The notes: generated by a model not told the origin, from the letters alone. DNA of 64,000 nucleotides from Octopus vulgaris (GCA_951406725.2 OX597814.1:123380001-123444000), one strand, 5' to 3'. Counted from the first letter of the stretch, positions 39,001-49,362 are shown. Made by a program: numbers and translations.

Positions 39001-39374
39001 ACACTGGGGTTCTGTCGAAGAACCATTTTTAACAGATCAGGGATATCTCCTTCTATGGCATCACTCGCTAAACTGTCCTTTAATTCAATGTGATCTGTAG
39101 AAGTTTGTTTCAGAGCATGAGCAAGCTGCTGAGCTAGTGTTTCATCGTGAGTCTCAAGTATTTTTCGAGCGTCATCAGCAATTTTCGGATTAAAGAGGAG
39201 ACTTTTATTGTGCATAGCTGGGGAGAGAGGTGTTGGCAGGGGAAGCTCAGGCAGTAAGTCTGTAAGACTAGTTACTCCTGCCAATGTTATAATAGGAACA
39301 CTTGGAATTTCGCCGTTCATCATGCGATTCAATACATCGCTTCTGCTACATGCCACTACATCTTGAACAACCAT
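33051..39374 (-). CDS. NIPBL: Nipped-B-like cohesin loader (NIPBL/Scc2/delangin), single-exon CDS of 2107 aa (2089 aa from the conserved MNGE start at 39320)
   Basis: The N-terminus MNGEIPSVPIITLAGVTSLTDLLPELPLPTPL matches the metazoan NIPBL MAU2-binding N-terminus. HEAT-repeat core motifs are present (VRTKAMKCL, SVREAAVELVG, RILDTGISVRKRVIKI, QGLIHPVQCVPYLI), as are the Nipped-B_C region (YIADNLAFF..DEPLFIIHQIDIIVSVSGSNLLQSFKE) and a basic/acidic tail. The frame is open throughout and ends at TGA 33053-33051. Confidence 0.98.
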   Translation of the reverse strand: MVVQDVVACSRSDVLNRMMNGEIPSVPIITLAGVTSLTDLLPELPLPTPLSPAMHNKSLLFNPKIADDARKILETHDETLAQQLAHALKQTSTDHIELKDSLASDAIEGDIPDLLKMVLRQNPSVFHTKTNNATTTTAGVGGNITTTTSTASSSSSSSSSSSSSGSGFDVRGFDSRTAHQNLSQQQSANFIQTRQQQQQQHLLHPQPPHELIQSQQTPLPQYHSGHFTMPYHLNQNNVSPRLQQMQSDSSPRYPTNSQYSSHANFLSPNLYQQQQQQQQFQHFAQNQRFDQNTVSPPLAAVAEHINLDVLSPPESAGSAYSCKRRTSSAKSTLGPKCSDSFESKPSPECMNICPDMSGRRKSGSDNMSLHQLQFGLQGDSASCSGDFHQSSRLPASFTATASSSCVEADMELCKRRTRNMSSEKTDKAKQCPPYPMVLQEDYLLQQQQQQRQIKPEDVEEISFSKQVDLLVAKNSKPIVVLELLDAKTLQSVVSGGRIRTDCDTMKKIKSTKRLYSSDEEEEMDESARKKRRKRHKRMNQRALSSEELFDSPTFRKFAQSVEYVFDSAEEIDFGSLDPNDDDTECPPESLIARQVLAEICGEAAKLKAQKVTNQIPSDKLVKLLTILQWNVRDGVKLAPNIRPEEDEDEDDEESVMWREMMMERVMRSMDASLAALYIITAPEMPKQVYLDDVIERIILFGKWQLQNTIYPEFDPVYKIDPHAKGGYQGNLKSKRARTHSVKHKATITLYNKLCELIKALSELLHIQELTDTVILQVSTLSVSPFFVENISEMQLNSMKLVTNIFCKYDKHRQLILEDIFASLARLPSTKRNLRNYRLNADESIQMVTALALQLIQCVIKLPSPKSVESEICIDEKPVADKKALEKKKREADDDVIIVTSYETAMRTGYNFLSVFLKKCTAKSEDDYRPLFENFVQDLLSTVNKPEWPASELLLSLLGRILVQQFSNKSTDMSLRVASLEYLGIVAARLRSDAVTSQTNPEMIEEIISKIDNEVTEENDFKKEGNTESLDEIKQTQSLQKAMLYYLAENGQSDPALLFARQFYIAQWYRDLTVEAEKLQKKVSQLKEEDEDERAEEVNQTLEIAEKGKTFLMTIIEVPNKPANNMRQLQCRLDAEDSCLVARYLSSKRPFAQSFDIYLTQILRVLSETAVAVRTKAMKCLTAVVEADPGILARDDMQRGVHGRFLDQSTSVREAAVELVGKFILIKPELIPKYYDMLCDRILDTGISVRKRVIKIFKDICLGQPDFNKIPEMCVKMIRRVNDEEGIKKLVNEVFQMMWFCPLREKDSSRLLRRVVNITEVVAACKDSGLEFFEHLLENLLKKDDDGHYNKSALLASQQIVNCLVENVMSLEEKSVDGDNTSHPQRLIACLTTLHLFSKIKPDLMVQHAITLQPYLNIRCNTQGDVMVLHFVARILEMVVPLMDHPSETFLAQLEEDMMKLILKHGMMVLQSCVSCLGAVVNNVSHNYRLVKDCFQKFFGVLSKLMADHKENSNNPTLQKRRPTLLRSLFTVGLLCRHFDFDSKEMGETKAKVPIKDRVFDVLYYFIEHEDEEVRVKALTGLGFMCVRHYEYMLGKTLKGLYYYLFTNSEASIKLKIQALRNLHSYLVEEETKMIIADAEWRKQCKAEDLRDMGDLQSGMASTIIQVYLKQVLESFICANFQVRQSALDIIQLVLRQGLIHPVQCVPYLITMGTEIDPSVRVRSDQQLQDIDKKYPGFIHMKALQGVKMSYKFQSIIQDPSEPVRGLRTQDAVHLSLNAFLYTVLRANRTYRRALLTSLLNLFDDSARASLEELLYIADNLAFFAYQSQDEPLFIIHQIDIIVSVSGSNLLQSFKECLLPRKDIDRKKGETFDDEDDEEIESIMERLPENVMPLQEICRISQGCVLLLVLKQHLKELYGFTDTKVHRYSPAEAAKVYDKPLARKYAIDFQPSSTIELLKKKPSDVISDEEKRKLVEEFIDFKHLMLSIDPPDDDDSDDNVKTSPHTKSSVPEGAENHVESKDATEMQVSDKVSDGSDGIKPRSQQQPSFHHTPRNQHYASLLEKKKKIKPSPKLTPKPPVKKKVRKKRRRLSDSEDDGDSDEDPDFIA

Positions 39375-39961
39375 CTTTTAGTATTCCTGCTATGGTAATT
39401 CCATCAAATTGGTCCCCAAAATTGTCATTTAAAACACAAACGCAACTGCTGACACTGCCCAAAAACTGGTTCTTCGTTAATGGCATAAAGACAATTTTCA
39501 CTCACTGAGCTTTTGAAAAAATTCTGTTGAAAGTATTGTTGTACTTGGCACTTCACTGATTTTTGACAGTTTAAAACTTGTCATCAATATATACAACTGA
39601 TTGGCTGGAGTTCAATTTTTGTTTGGAGAGCGGTAGAGAGTTTTAATGTTTCTGCTTTGTTTTTCGATTAAAATAAATCAGAATCAGAAATGAAAAATAA
39701 GGAAGCTTCAGAATAATTCTAGCCAAATTTCTGTTACTTGGAAGTATGAAAGTTTGATAAAAACATGTGTGATATTTATTCAACGTTTGTTAAAGAGTTC
39801 AGACAAGAATTTCGTTCAGAGAATCTTCCTTAAAGCAATCTCCTGAGCAACGATTTAAAAAGTAAAGGATTTAAAGAGTACAAACTATTTTACTAAACTC
39901 TTTATCAATGATATTTTCGTCCTGGTGTGTTTCCATAATTATCTTTAAAAATAAGTGTAAG

Positions 39962-40930
39962 CTGGAGGTAGATAAGAGAAAACAGGAAAGTAGGAATTGA
40001 TTACAACACAAACGGGATTCAAAACAAACCCGATGTCAATGTCGCTGGAGGTTGCAGGTTCAATCCTGTTATGGTTATATCAAAAATGTAGAAATGCCTA
40101 ATCCTTTAGTATAACTTTGATCGGCCGGGGACGTTAACAATAGTAAATTTACTGCTGATATTCCGTGTCCGAGTGAGAAACTATAAAAACCATCATCTCC
40201 GACTGTGGTCTTACTTCCGGTTTAAGGTCAGCTGAAGCAACTTAATCAGTTCTTAATTATATTTAGTCAGTTTCTTATTTCGGGACGTTTATTTATTTAT
40301 TTAATGCTGCTACTACAACTTCTAGTGGTGATGGTGGTGACAGTGATAGGTGAATTTGACTTAGTCCGTGATTAAGTGAGATCGATTTCAAGACACGTTA
40401 TATCCGAATGGAATAAGAACGGAACTGACATATAAACATTAATCTCTCCTCACAACTTTAGGAGATATAATAAACTATAAAACACGTTGGTAGAGAATAA
40501 AAAACGAGGATGATACAGATAAAATGTCTTCAAAAATGAGAGGAAATTGTTATTTGAAAAGAGAGATCAGGGTATCCCGGCATAAGTCTTTGATAGGACG
40601 TATGTTACATACTTGTAAATATCAATTCAACTGAGAACGATGGGAAGGAGGAAGGGGGATTGCACTGTTGAGTATTTTAGATGTTTATATATAATATATA
40701 TACGTGTGCGTGTGTATATGGATTTGGTATGTGGAAACGGAGAAGATAATCAGTGTTTCGATTCTGGAGGTCGTAGTGGTCGATTGTAATATTCCTAGTG
40801 CGATTAAACTACATTGGTCGGTTTGTAGCGTTTTCTTTTAAACAGAAGATCAAATAATGTCGGTGGATAGAAGCAAAACAGAGTGTCAGGAGAAAAAGAC
40901 AACAATTATTGAGAAATGAGAAAACATTAC
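39962..40930 (-). other. Candidate intron in the NIPBL 5' UTR
   Basis: Minus-strand donor CAG|GTAATG at 40931/40930. Acceptor with a long polypyrimidine tract CTTTCCTGTTTTCTCTTATCTACCTCCAG| ending at 39962. Confidence 0.55.
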
Positions 40931-41639
40931 CTGAGGTCTGTAGCGACAGTTTTTGTTTGTTTTGTTTTTTTTTCTATTGTGTTTGTTGTTAATGAAGAAG
41001 TAATAAGTGGCGATGTGTTTGTTTTCGTTCACATCCTCTTCGTTTCATAAACAAACACACACACACACATATACGCTCACACACACAGTCACATTTATAG
41101 ACTCACAGCCATGTTCACACACACACGCATACACCGAAGCACTCACACACACACACTCTCACTTCTGGCTTTCACATACACAATATGGCGTCGTGGTGGC
41201 GGTGTTGGACAATTAAAGAAGAGTTACTGTTTTTAACTTCTTTGCTCTGTTGTGTTTGGATGTTCCACTTCTGCAGACTTATAAATAAAGAATCTTTTGA
41301 TAGATATCAATACAGTTTGCAATGAAAACAATAGATTAGACAAATATTCTCCTTGCTCAGTCTTTTCACTATATTCAGTGTTGATCTGTATAAGAGTGTG
41401 TGACACCCTACCAGGTTTTACGGCCTCCACCAAACTCCAAACAATAACAGCAACAACAAACAGACATCAAATAGAATAGTTCAGGTTTTAAATCAATAAT
41501 CAGTCCACATTGTTCCTGTCTAATTCTTCTCATCATCGTTTCGTTAACGTTTCTTCTTCCTCGTTTTTTGATGTTTTCTTCAAAACTAATGTTGTTAGAA
41601 TCGCCTATTTTCTGGACTTTGTCCGGGTTCTTCACTTAT

Positions 41640-41990
41640 TATTTCCATTCCTGTAGAGAAAGTAAACATCCAGGAGTTGGTTGTGTGGTAGGGCTGCAGA
41701 GATGGGACGAGCGTTAATTAAAAGATAATGAGAAGATAAAAAGAGCGAGTCGGGTAGGAGAGACGGTGAGCAGCCATTGTTGACGGTAAGTGGAGAGGTA
41801 GAGACAAGGGAGGTAACTAACTCACAGGTGCGCCGTCGAGCTTTGTAGCATGTGCTCTATGGAGATAAGGACAGAGTTTCTCTTCACAACAATAACATCT
41901 AAGATCCCTCTGTGACAGTTGTTGAGTCTGCTCAAGAAGGATATTAAAGAACTGTCGAAACGAAAACCTTCCTAAAAAATTTCACTAGCA
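41640..41990 (-). promoter_or_regulatory. Putative NIPBL promoter / transcription-start region
   Basis: Locally CpG-retaining and repeat-free, pyrimidine-rich on the minus strand. It has a GCCAT (YY1-like) core at ~41773 and lies just before the first upstream SINE at ~42085. Confidence 0.4.
41651..41825 (-). other. Candidate short first intron in the NIPBL 5' UTR
   Basis: Minus-strand donor CCT|GTGAGT at 41826/41825 and acceptor TTTACTTTCTCTACAG|G at 41651/41650. Confidence 0.35.
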
Positions 41991-42934
41991 TTTTAAGCCC
42001 ATAATTATATATATATGTAGTTGTAATTTCATATTGCTTTATTATTTTTCTTATATAATAATTTGCGAACCTTCACAATCGCCAGAGCGCCGAAAAAGAG
42101 CCCTGGAACATTTAGTCCGGCTCGATAAGTTCGGAGTTCAAATTCCTCCGAAATCGATTAAATAAATACCAGTCAAAATAGTTCCGAAGTCGATGGCATT
42201 AATTAATGCTCCTCCGTTCAAAATTTGTTGGACGTGTACTTATATTAGAAACTGTTATATCATAATAAGAATTCTCTCATTATGTGTTTACTGTGAATTT
42301 TTTGGCTTATTCTATTGTCAACATGTGTTCGAAGCTAAGTTTTAAGAACAGTAAAAATTTGGTATACTTTGATAGGAGTAGTAACAACTGGAAACACTAA
42401 TGTGTTTAAGCCGCTAATATATTTTTAAATTAAGAGCAATTACAAATATAACACTGGGAGCAATTAGAAATAATAAAGCGTATACTGCCTGCTGCACTTC
42501 AACAACAGTGTCAGAAGTCTGGTAGTGATGGTCATAAATAAACTATAGCCATAAACTGAACTTGAAAACTATTATAAATATTTTCTTTGGTGCCATACCT
42601 TATAAATGCATTTTATTTATTGTTATGTATGTGAATCAAGTGTATTTATTTCTAATTTGATTTTACGGAGGAAATAATGCTATCAGTTGTCTAGCACCGA
42701 TCCCTAATTCAATCCAACAGTGTGTCACCTTGGGCAAATGTCTTACTTTAGCTTCAATTCAACCTAAACCTTGTGAATAAAATGGGTAGGCAATACTAGT
42801 GTCTGTGGAATACTCAACCGGTTACACTTATAGTCAGTGAGTGAATAATTCACCTGATCAGACTATTAGATCGCTCTCTATGGGAAGCAATGGAGAAGCC
42901 AATTGTATGTATGCATACACACACACACATATAC

Positions 42935-42973
<39 letters not shown>

Positions 42974-43124
42974 TACACATGTTGCTTCAGATGGTGAGGT
43001 TCCAGTTCTGGAGTTGCAGGAACTGTTGAGTCACCCCTTAATTACTTGATGATAAAGCCATAATAAAACTAGCTGCTGTAGAATGAATCAACAGAAAGGT
43101 GTCCAAAGTCTGCAATACAGCTGC

Positions 43125-43432
43125 TTAATCCAGAGAGGGTGGTGTCTTCCAGTTTGCCAAAAGAAATTTGTCCATATGTTTGCATTTGATGAGAATCGCT
43201 GATCTAGAATTCAACAGTGCGGTGGAAATCTTAACTCTAAAAAGGATATGCGCTCTTTCAGCAATGTATAAGTTGCATTTCTTATATTCATTAACATGTG
43301 GCATGAATTTTTCTCTGATTTTCCACGGGATTGTATATTGCATGGAGTTGGTCTTCAGAGACCAAATGTGGTAAGCCAACTTAGTGGCTTTACTTTTGTT
43401 GATGTACTGGAAAGAAGATCTTACCTTAATAG
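43125..43432 (-). mobile_element. Penelope-like element C-terminal (GIY-YIG-associated) fragment
   Basis: TKLAYHIWSLK..WKI..KCNLYIAERAHIL..LLNSRSAILIKCKH matches the PLE ORF C-terminus pattern (CxLCxxEK...LNxRxE...CxH). Confidence 0.7.
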
Positions 43433-43443
43433 AAAAGTAAACT

Positions 43444-43516
<73 letters not shown>

Positions 43517-43529
43517 TATATATGAGCAA

Positions 43530-43816
43530 AATGCCCCCACGTCCAATGGACAGTGCTGAGTTGTCAAACATTTAAACCAAATTTTCTCAAAACAACTTGT
43601 CTGGCCGTCCCATTTATTCACACAAATATGCACATTCCCGCAGCTTTATCGATCGCATTCTCACCTGGAATCGATTTTTGTAATTTTTTCAAGACTTATA
43701 CACGCCCTGATACAATTGGTATCTACATATCAAATTTGAGCACAATCAGATGGAGGATGCCCGAGATCCTAGAAGACACACACAGAGACAGACAGAACGG
43801 ATTTTATATAATAGAT
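43530..43816 (-). mobile_element. Helitron-like non-autonomous element, 5' portion
   Basis: The minus strand begins ATCTATTATATAAAATCCGTTCTGTCTGTC, a typical Helitron/HINE 5' end. Confidence 0.45.
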
Positions 43817-43969
43817 ATATCATCATTATCATCATCGTCATCATCATCATTTAACATCCGCTTTCCATGCTGGCATTGGTTGGACAGTTTGACTGGGGAC
43901 AGGTGAGCCAGATGGCTGCACCAGGCTCCAATCTGATCTGGCAGAGTTTCTACAGCTGGATGCCCTCAA

Positions 43970-44490
43970 GGCACTTACACTCTGTCAAGTATGCACACTG
44001 ACATTACACATCCAGCAGAGCATACTGGCTTCATTCCTTGCAAGCTTACGCATGTCCTCAGCAGTCACGGCCCATGTTTCACTGCCATGTAACATGGCTG
44101 TTCATACACATGCATCATACAGTATACCTTTTACTCTTAGCACGAGGCCCTTTGTCACCAGCAGAGGTAAGAGCTCTCTGAACTTTGCCCAGGCTATTCT
44201 TACTCGAGCAGTTACACTTTCAGTACACCCACCCCAGCTACTGACTTGGTCACCTAGATAATGGAAGCTATCAACTACTTCTAGTTTTTCTCCCTGGAAT
44301 GTGGCGGAAGTTGTTCTCTGCACATTTTCAGTGCTTACTGTTCCTGAGCATCTGCCACATACAAAAACTATCTTCCTAGTTAGCCTTCCTTTGATATTGC
44401 TGCACCTCTTATGTGTCCATAGCTTACACTGGGTACATCTTATAAAGCTTCTACCTACGCCTTTTCTACAGATCGAGCAGGGCCATCTAC
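43970..44490 (-). mobile_element. RTE-clade LINE fragment
   Basis: LEVVDSFHYLGDQVSSWGGCTESVTARVRIAWAKFRELLPLL (post-RT YLG region). Confidence 0.85.
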
Positions 44491-46211
44491 CTGAAGGGGT
44501 TTGTGGTTTGTCTGTGTTTGTGATATATATATATATATAAACGTATATATATTAACGTTGTTTACAAGGTAGAAGTAACACAATAGGACCCAAATAGACA
44601 ACCAAGCATGTGGAAATATATGGAGGCAAAGGAAGGCCCCTTCAGAACCCATTTTAATAAACCACAAGTCCTCCTTCAACATCTCAGAGAGACATAACAC
44701 CACAACCATACCATGGAGTACAGATAAAATGGAAGATCCTGGAAAGATGCAAACCATACGTCAATAGCAACAGGAAGTGCAGATTATACCTGTCTGAGAA
44801 GAGAGCAATTTTAAAAGGTACCCAACACCCAGATGTTTACCTGAATAGCAAGAGTGAGGTGTTTAATCCTAGCCCACATGAAAGGAAGTACAATGTATTG
44901 TAGCTATGCACTCCACCATGACTGCAATCATGGGTCCCCTGCCTCGACCTTCCACCAAGCCCTCAGACCCAGAAAAAAGAGATTGACCAAAGCCCATACC
45001 AATGCACCCATGTACACACACACAAGCCTATAAGATGGACATTCAACAAAATAAACTGTCTCCCACCACCCCAACACATACCCATTCACACAAATTGTAC
45101 GCCCACATATACACAGATTTCCCACACATACATTACACATCACACTTACATACCCCCTCCACCAACCAACAAACACAGCTATATATACCTACATCACCAA
45201 TAAAATTATACATACTAGCAGAGATAACTGCCGTTGCCCGTGTTACAAGCAATTAAAGAATTAGACTTTTCTGTTATATTTTCTGTAATGAACTGGAATA
45301 CTTATGATTTGAATTTCATCAAAATTGCACATGAGGGTTCTTTCTGTCTTCACACACCCTAAAAAAATTCTAATTATGACACATGTATCCCATACTACTC
45401 ATCTTTATGCACAGATTCCAAAATTCCAGTCTTATGGAACCTGTTAAAAGGATTTTTGTTCCTGAAAAATGGAATTTCAGGGAGCTCCAAACTGTGGGAG
45501 TTAAGGCCCCTATTGGGGGTGGGTGTCTTAATGTAAACCAGAGAAGTTGAATTGTTGAGAATACATATATGTATTGTTCGAATTTCTTTGAAATAGGAAA
45601 TATATGTATGTTCACTGGGTTTGTAAAAGAGAGTAAAGCTACAGGAACCAAAAGATGAATGAGCAGAATAAGCAGTCAGCTACCCTAACCTACTCGTTAC
45701 TACTCCCCAATGTAGGATTCCTCACCATATAGGTGACAGGCACAGCCATAAGATGCATTACAGATCTATAGCAATTTGAAGGGCATGACCCAACTCAAAC
45801 ATTAACAACTGTGTGATGTGAGGGCTAAGGGGAAATGAAAGTGTCACTTCTGGAGTTTGTAAATGAACACTATACTGATAGGTAACTGGACAGAATAAAT
45901 TTACAATCTATAAATGTCTTTCAATAACCAGTCACTAATCTGGAAAGGCCTTGAAATCAATGTTGCCATCTGGGGACATTGTGTGACCCAGTGATAATAA
46001 AAAGACTCAAAGGAGATCTGCAATCAAATAACTTTACTCAACACTTTGCAACTGAATCAGTGGAGGCAAAGATGCCTCTCATTTACTTGACAATTTATGC
46101 ACCACATTGCAGAAATCATAATCAAAGTATATCTCAAAGCAAACTCTCACACTGTTGTACCATTGAATTACAAATAATGCTCATCTTTTATGCTTGGGTG
46201 ACCCTACAGCT

Positions 46212-46605
46212 TCCAAGAGTACCATATTCTGAGCGCCTTGTTTCCCTGGGCATGGATTCACTGAAGCTCCGGCGTCTAGCGACGGACTTGGTAAACACCC
46301 ACAAGGTTATCAACCACCTCACCAACAACAACACTGAACACCTTTTTGATCTCCATGTGTCTAACACACGTGGACATGCCTACAAAGTCAGAAAACAGCA
46401 CAGCTCCCATGACTTTCGGAAACATTTTTTCACGCTCAGGGTTGCTGAAGCGTGGAATAAACTGCCTGCATCAGTTGTTGACTGCCATGACACTGCATCC
46501 TTTAAGGCCCTCATGCTTCCCGAAATCCGTCGAAACTACACCTGATTATATATACACTTTAGATGAGTTGTAGTGCACCTGAGCACTGTACACAATTATT
46601 ATTAT
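46212..46605 (+). mobile_element. CR1/L2-like LINE 3' fragment
   Basis: PYSERLVSLGMDSLKLRRLATDL...TRGHAYKV...FFTLRVAEAWNKLP. Confidence 0.88.
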
Positions 46606-46629
46606 TTAATTGTATTCATCTTTGCTTAG

Positions 46630-47125
46630 ATAAAATGACTAAATTGTGGATGTTAAGTCCCCATTAAGGGGTCTTTCTAACTTCTAAGAGATGAAATTTT
46701 AGAAATATTAGTTCATTTGTGTTTAATATCTATGGTTAAAATTTCATCAACAGCACAAATATATGAATTTTCATGGGGGTTATGGCACTTATGCATAGAT
46801 TATAATTTCCAAATTTCATAAAGATCCATTCCATACTTTTGACCTAGTTTTGGATCATAAAAAATGACTAAAATATGGGTGTTAAGATCCCCATTAGGGA
46901 GTCTTAGAATCCTCAAGAGAAATGGTAACTTTGAGAATACTTCTTGATGTGTGTCAATTACCCATGGTTAAAATTTCATCAACATCGAAAATTTATGAAT
47001 TTTCATGGGGGTTCTGCCCCCTTTAAGCCATCTCAAATTCAAACCAAACATACTGCATTATACCTGCCCTTATGCATTGAATCTAAGTTCCAAATATCAT
47101 AAGGATCCATTCAATAATTTTGGTC
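46630..47125. repeat. Two diverged ~230-260 bp tandem units (Helitron-associated type repeat)
   Basis: Repeated blocks AAAATGACTAAA..GTTAAG..CCCCATTA..GGTTAAAATTTCATCAAC..TGAATTTTCATGGGGGTT..GATCCATTC; related sequence at ~45300-45600. Confidence 0.6.
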
Positions 47126-47679
47126 CATGAAATTGTATGAAACACACAGCATTACCCTTCTCCCATAACAACAGGTAGCTCACTATCTTACCTATGGACA
47201 TGCCCAGAATCATGCAGACAAAATTTCCAGTGACAATCGTTGCCAGAGCGGCTATCTAGCCTCTGTGCCGGTGGCACGTAAAAGACACCATTCAAGCATG
47301 ATCGTTACCAGCATCGCCTTACTGGCATCTGTGCCGGTGGCATATGTAAATGATTTGAGCAAGGTCATTGCCAGTACTGCCTGACTGGCCCCATGCCGGT
47401 GGCACGTAAAAGCACCCACTACACTCTCAGAGTGGTTGGCGTTAGGAAGGGCATCCAGCTGTAGAAACTCTGCCAGATCAAGATTGAAGCCTGGTGCAGC
47501 CATCTGGTTCGCCAGACCTCAGTCATTCGTCCAACCCATGCTAGCATGGAAAGCGGACGTTAAATGATGATGATGATGATGAATCAAGGTCTACAGTGTT
47601 GTCAGCAGTGAAGGTGACACCATACCACTCCACTTCTTCCCTGAGAGGCCTAGGCTGAACATCATTTGCTACACCTGTG

Positions 47680-48155
47680 TTCTGGATGAGATGGTAAGGC
47701 CCTGGATCAACAGAGTAGCTGCTGGGAGGCCATACATGCAGCAGCATGACTCTGCGCCCTGCCACACCAGCCAGAAGACCCAGGCCTGGCTATCAAAGAA
47801 TTTCTTCAATCACACAATACCTGACATTTGATCTCTCAACTTGTCTGATTGCAACCCCATCGACTTCTTTGTGCAGGGGCATGGTGGAATGAGAGACCAA
47901 CAAATCTAGCTGCAACATAAAGGACAAGCTGTGGGTTAGGATTACCAGGTCCTCATGAACCTAAAACAGGAGAGAGTGACGAAGGCCCGTGGCGGGTTCC
48001 AAGGTTGCCTGGAGGCTGCCATCAAGGTCAGAGGTGGGTTCAGTGAGTGAGATTGATAGAGCATGTCATGAAGACAAACTTATCCAAATTTATATCTAAA
48101 AAATAATAACACTGTTTGATTTTTCCCTGAGACAGTTATCATGTGAACAACCCCT
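47680..48155 (+). mobile_element. Mariner/maT transposase C-terminal fragment
   Basis: QQHDSAPCHTSQKTQAWL...DCNPIDFFV catalytic-domain remnants. Confidence 0.7.
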
Positions 48156-49326
48156 ATATATGGCCACACCCTATGTATGAGAAATAAGGATAAACACAAA
48201 TTTATATTGTAGTTCCTATGCACATTTCATTGAATCTTTCTCATTAAATTCTACTTAAATTTAACTTTCATACTAATTACTCTTTTACTTGTTTCAGTAA
48301 TTTGATTGTGGCCATGCTGGAGCACTGCCTTTAGTCAAGCAAATTGACCCTAGGACTTATTCTCTGTAAGCTTAGTACTTATTCTATCGGTCTCTTTGTC
48401 GAACCGCTAAGTTATGGGGACATAAACACACCAGCATCAGTTGTCAAGCGATGTTGGGGGGGGGACAAAACACACACACACACACTGCTTAGAATATCGC
48501 AATAGCAGTTCCAAGTACATTTAGATGCTCAACCATAACAGATCATCGAAGAATTCTTTATTGCATTAAGTTACAATAATCCATTGTGGCTGAACATTTA
48601 AATGCACTTGAAATATTTGTTGCAAGTCTCCAAACAACGATAATGGTGAAATTATGCATAGGTATTATAATATAAACTTGTGTTTATCCTTATTTCTCCT
48701 ACATTTACTCTGCAGCTCATAACTACTCAGTATAGTAGTTACTTAATAACTATTACAGCAAGCAGATTAGGTTATGATAACATACATGGAGTTCTAAACA
48801 TAAGAGTAACAGTCAAACATCTATTTGTTCACACAATTGAAAAGACCCATCAAACCAAGTGAAATTGTAGTCCTGGCCAATGCTGATGTCACATAATTGG
48901 TACCTGTGCTGGTGGCACATAAAAAGCACCTTTCAAGCATTGGGCCTCATGGAGGCAAAGTGGCCGATGTTGATGGCATGTGAAACGCTCCTTACAAGTG
49001 TTGGGCCTCACAGAGGTAATGACAAATGACCAAGACCTTTGGCATTATGTAGTGCTTGAGGAGAAGACCCATCAAGCCAAGTGAAATCATAATGATTGCA
49101 GATATTGGTGTCATGCAAATGGCATCCATACCGGAGGCATGTAAAAGCACCCATTACACTCTCGGAGTGGTTGGCATTAGGAAGAGCATCAAGCCATAGA
49201 AACCATGCTAAATCAGACTGGGGTCAGGTACAGCCTTCCAGCTTGCCAGCCCTGGTCAAACCATCCAACTCATGCCAGCATGGACAACAAACATTAAATG
49301 ATGATGATGATATATATATATGTATG

Positions 49327-49362
<36 letters not shown>

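Noticed and set aside
33155-39508. Short ORFs overlapping NIPBL (antisense and alternative frame)
   Set aside because: They are expected shadows of a long coding sequence, with no independent motifs.
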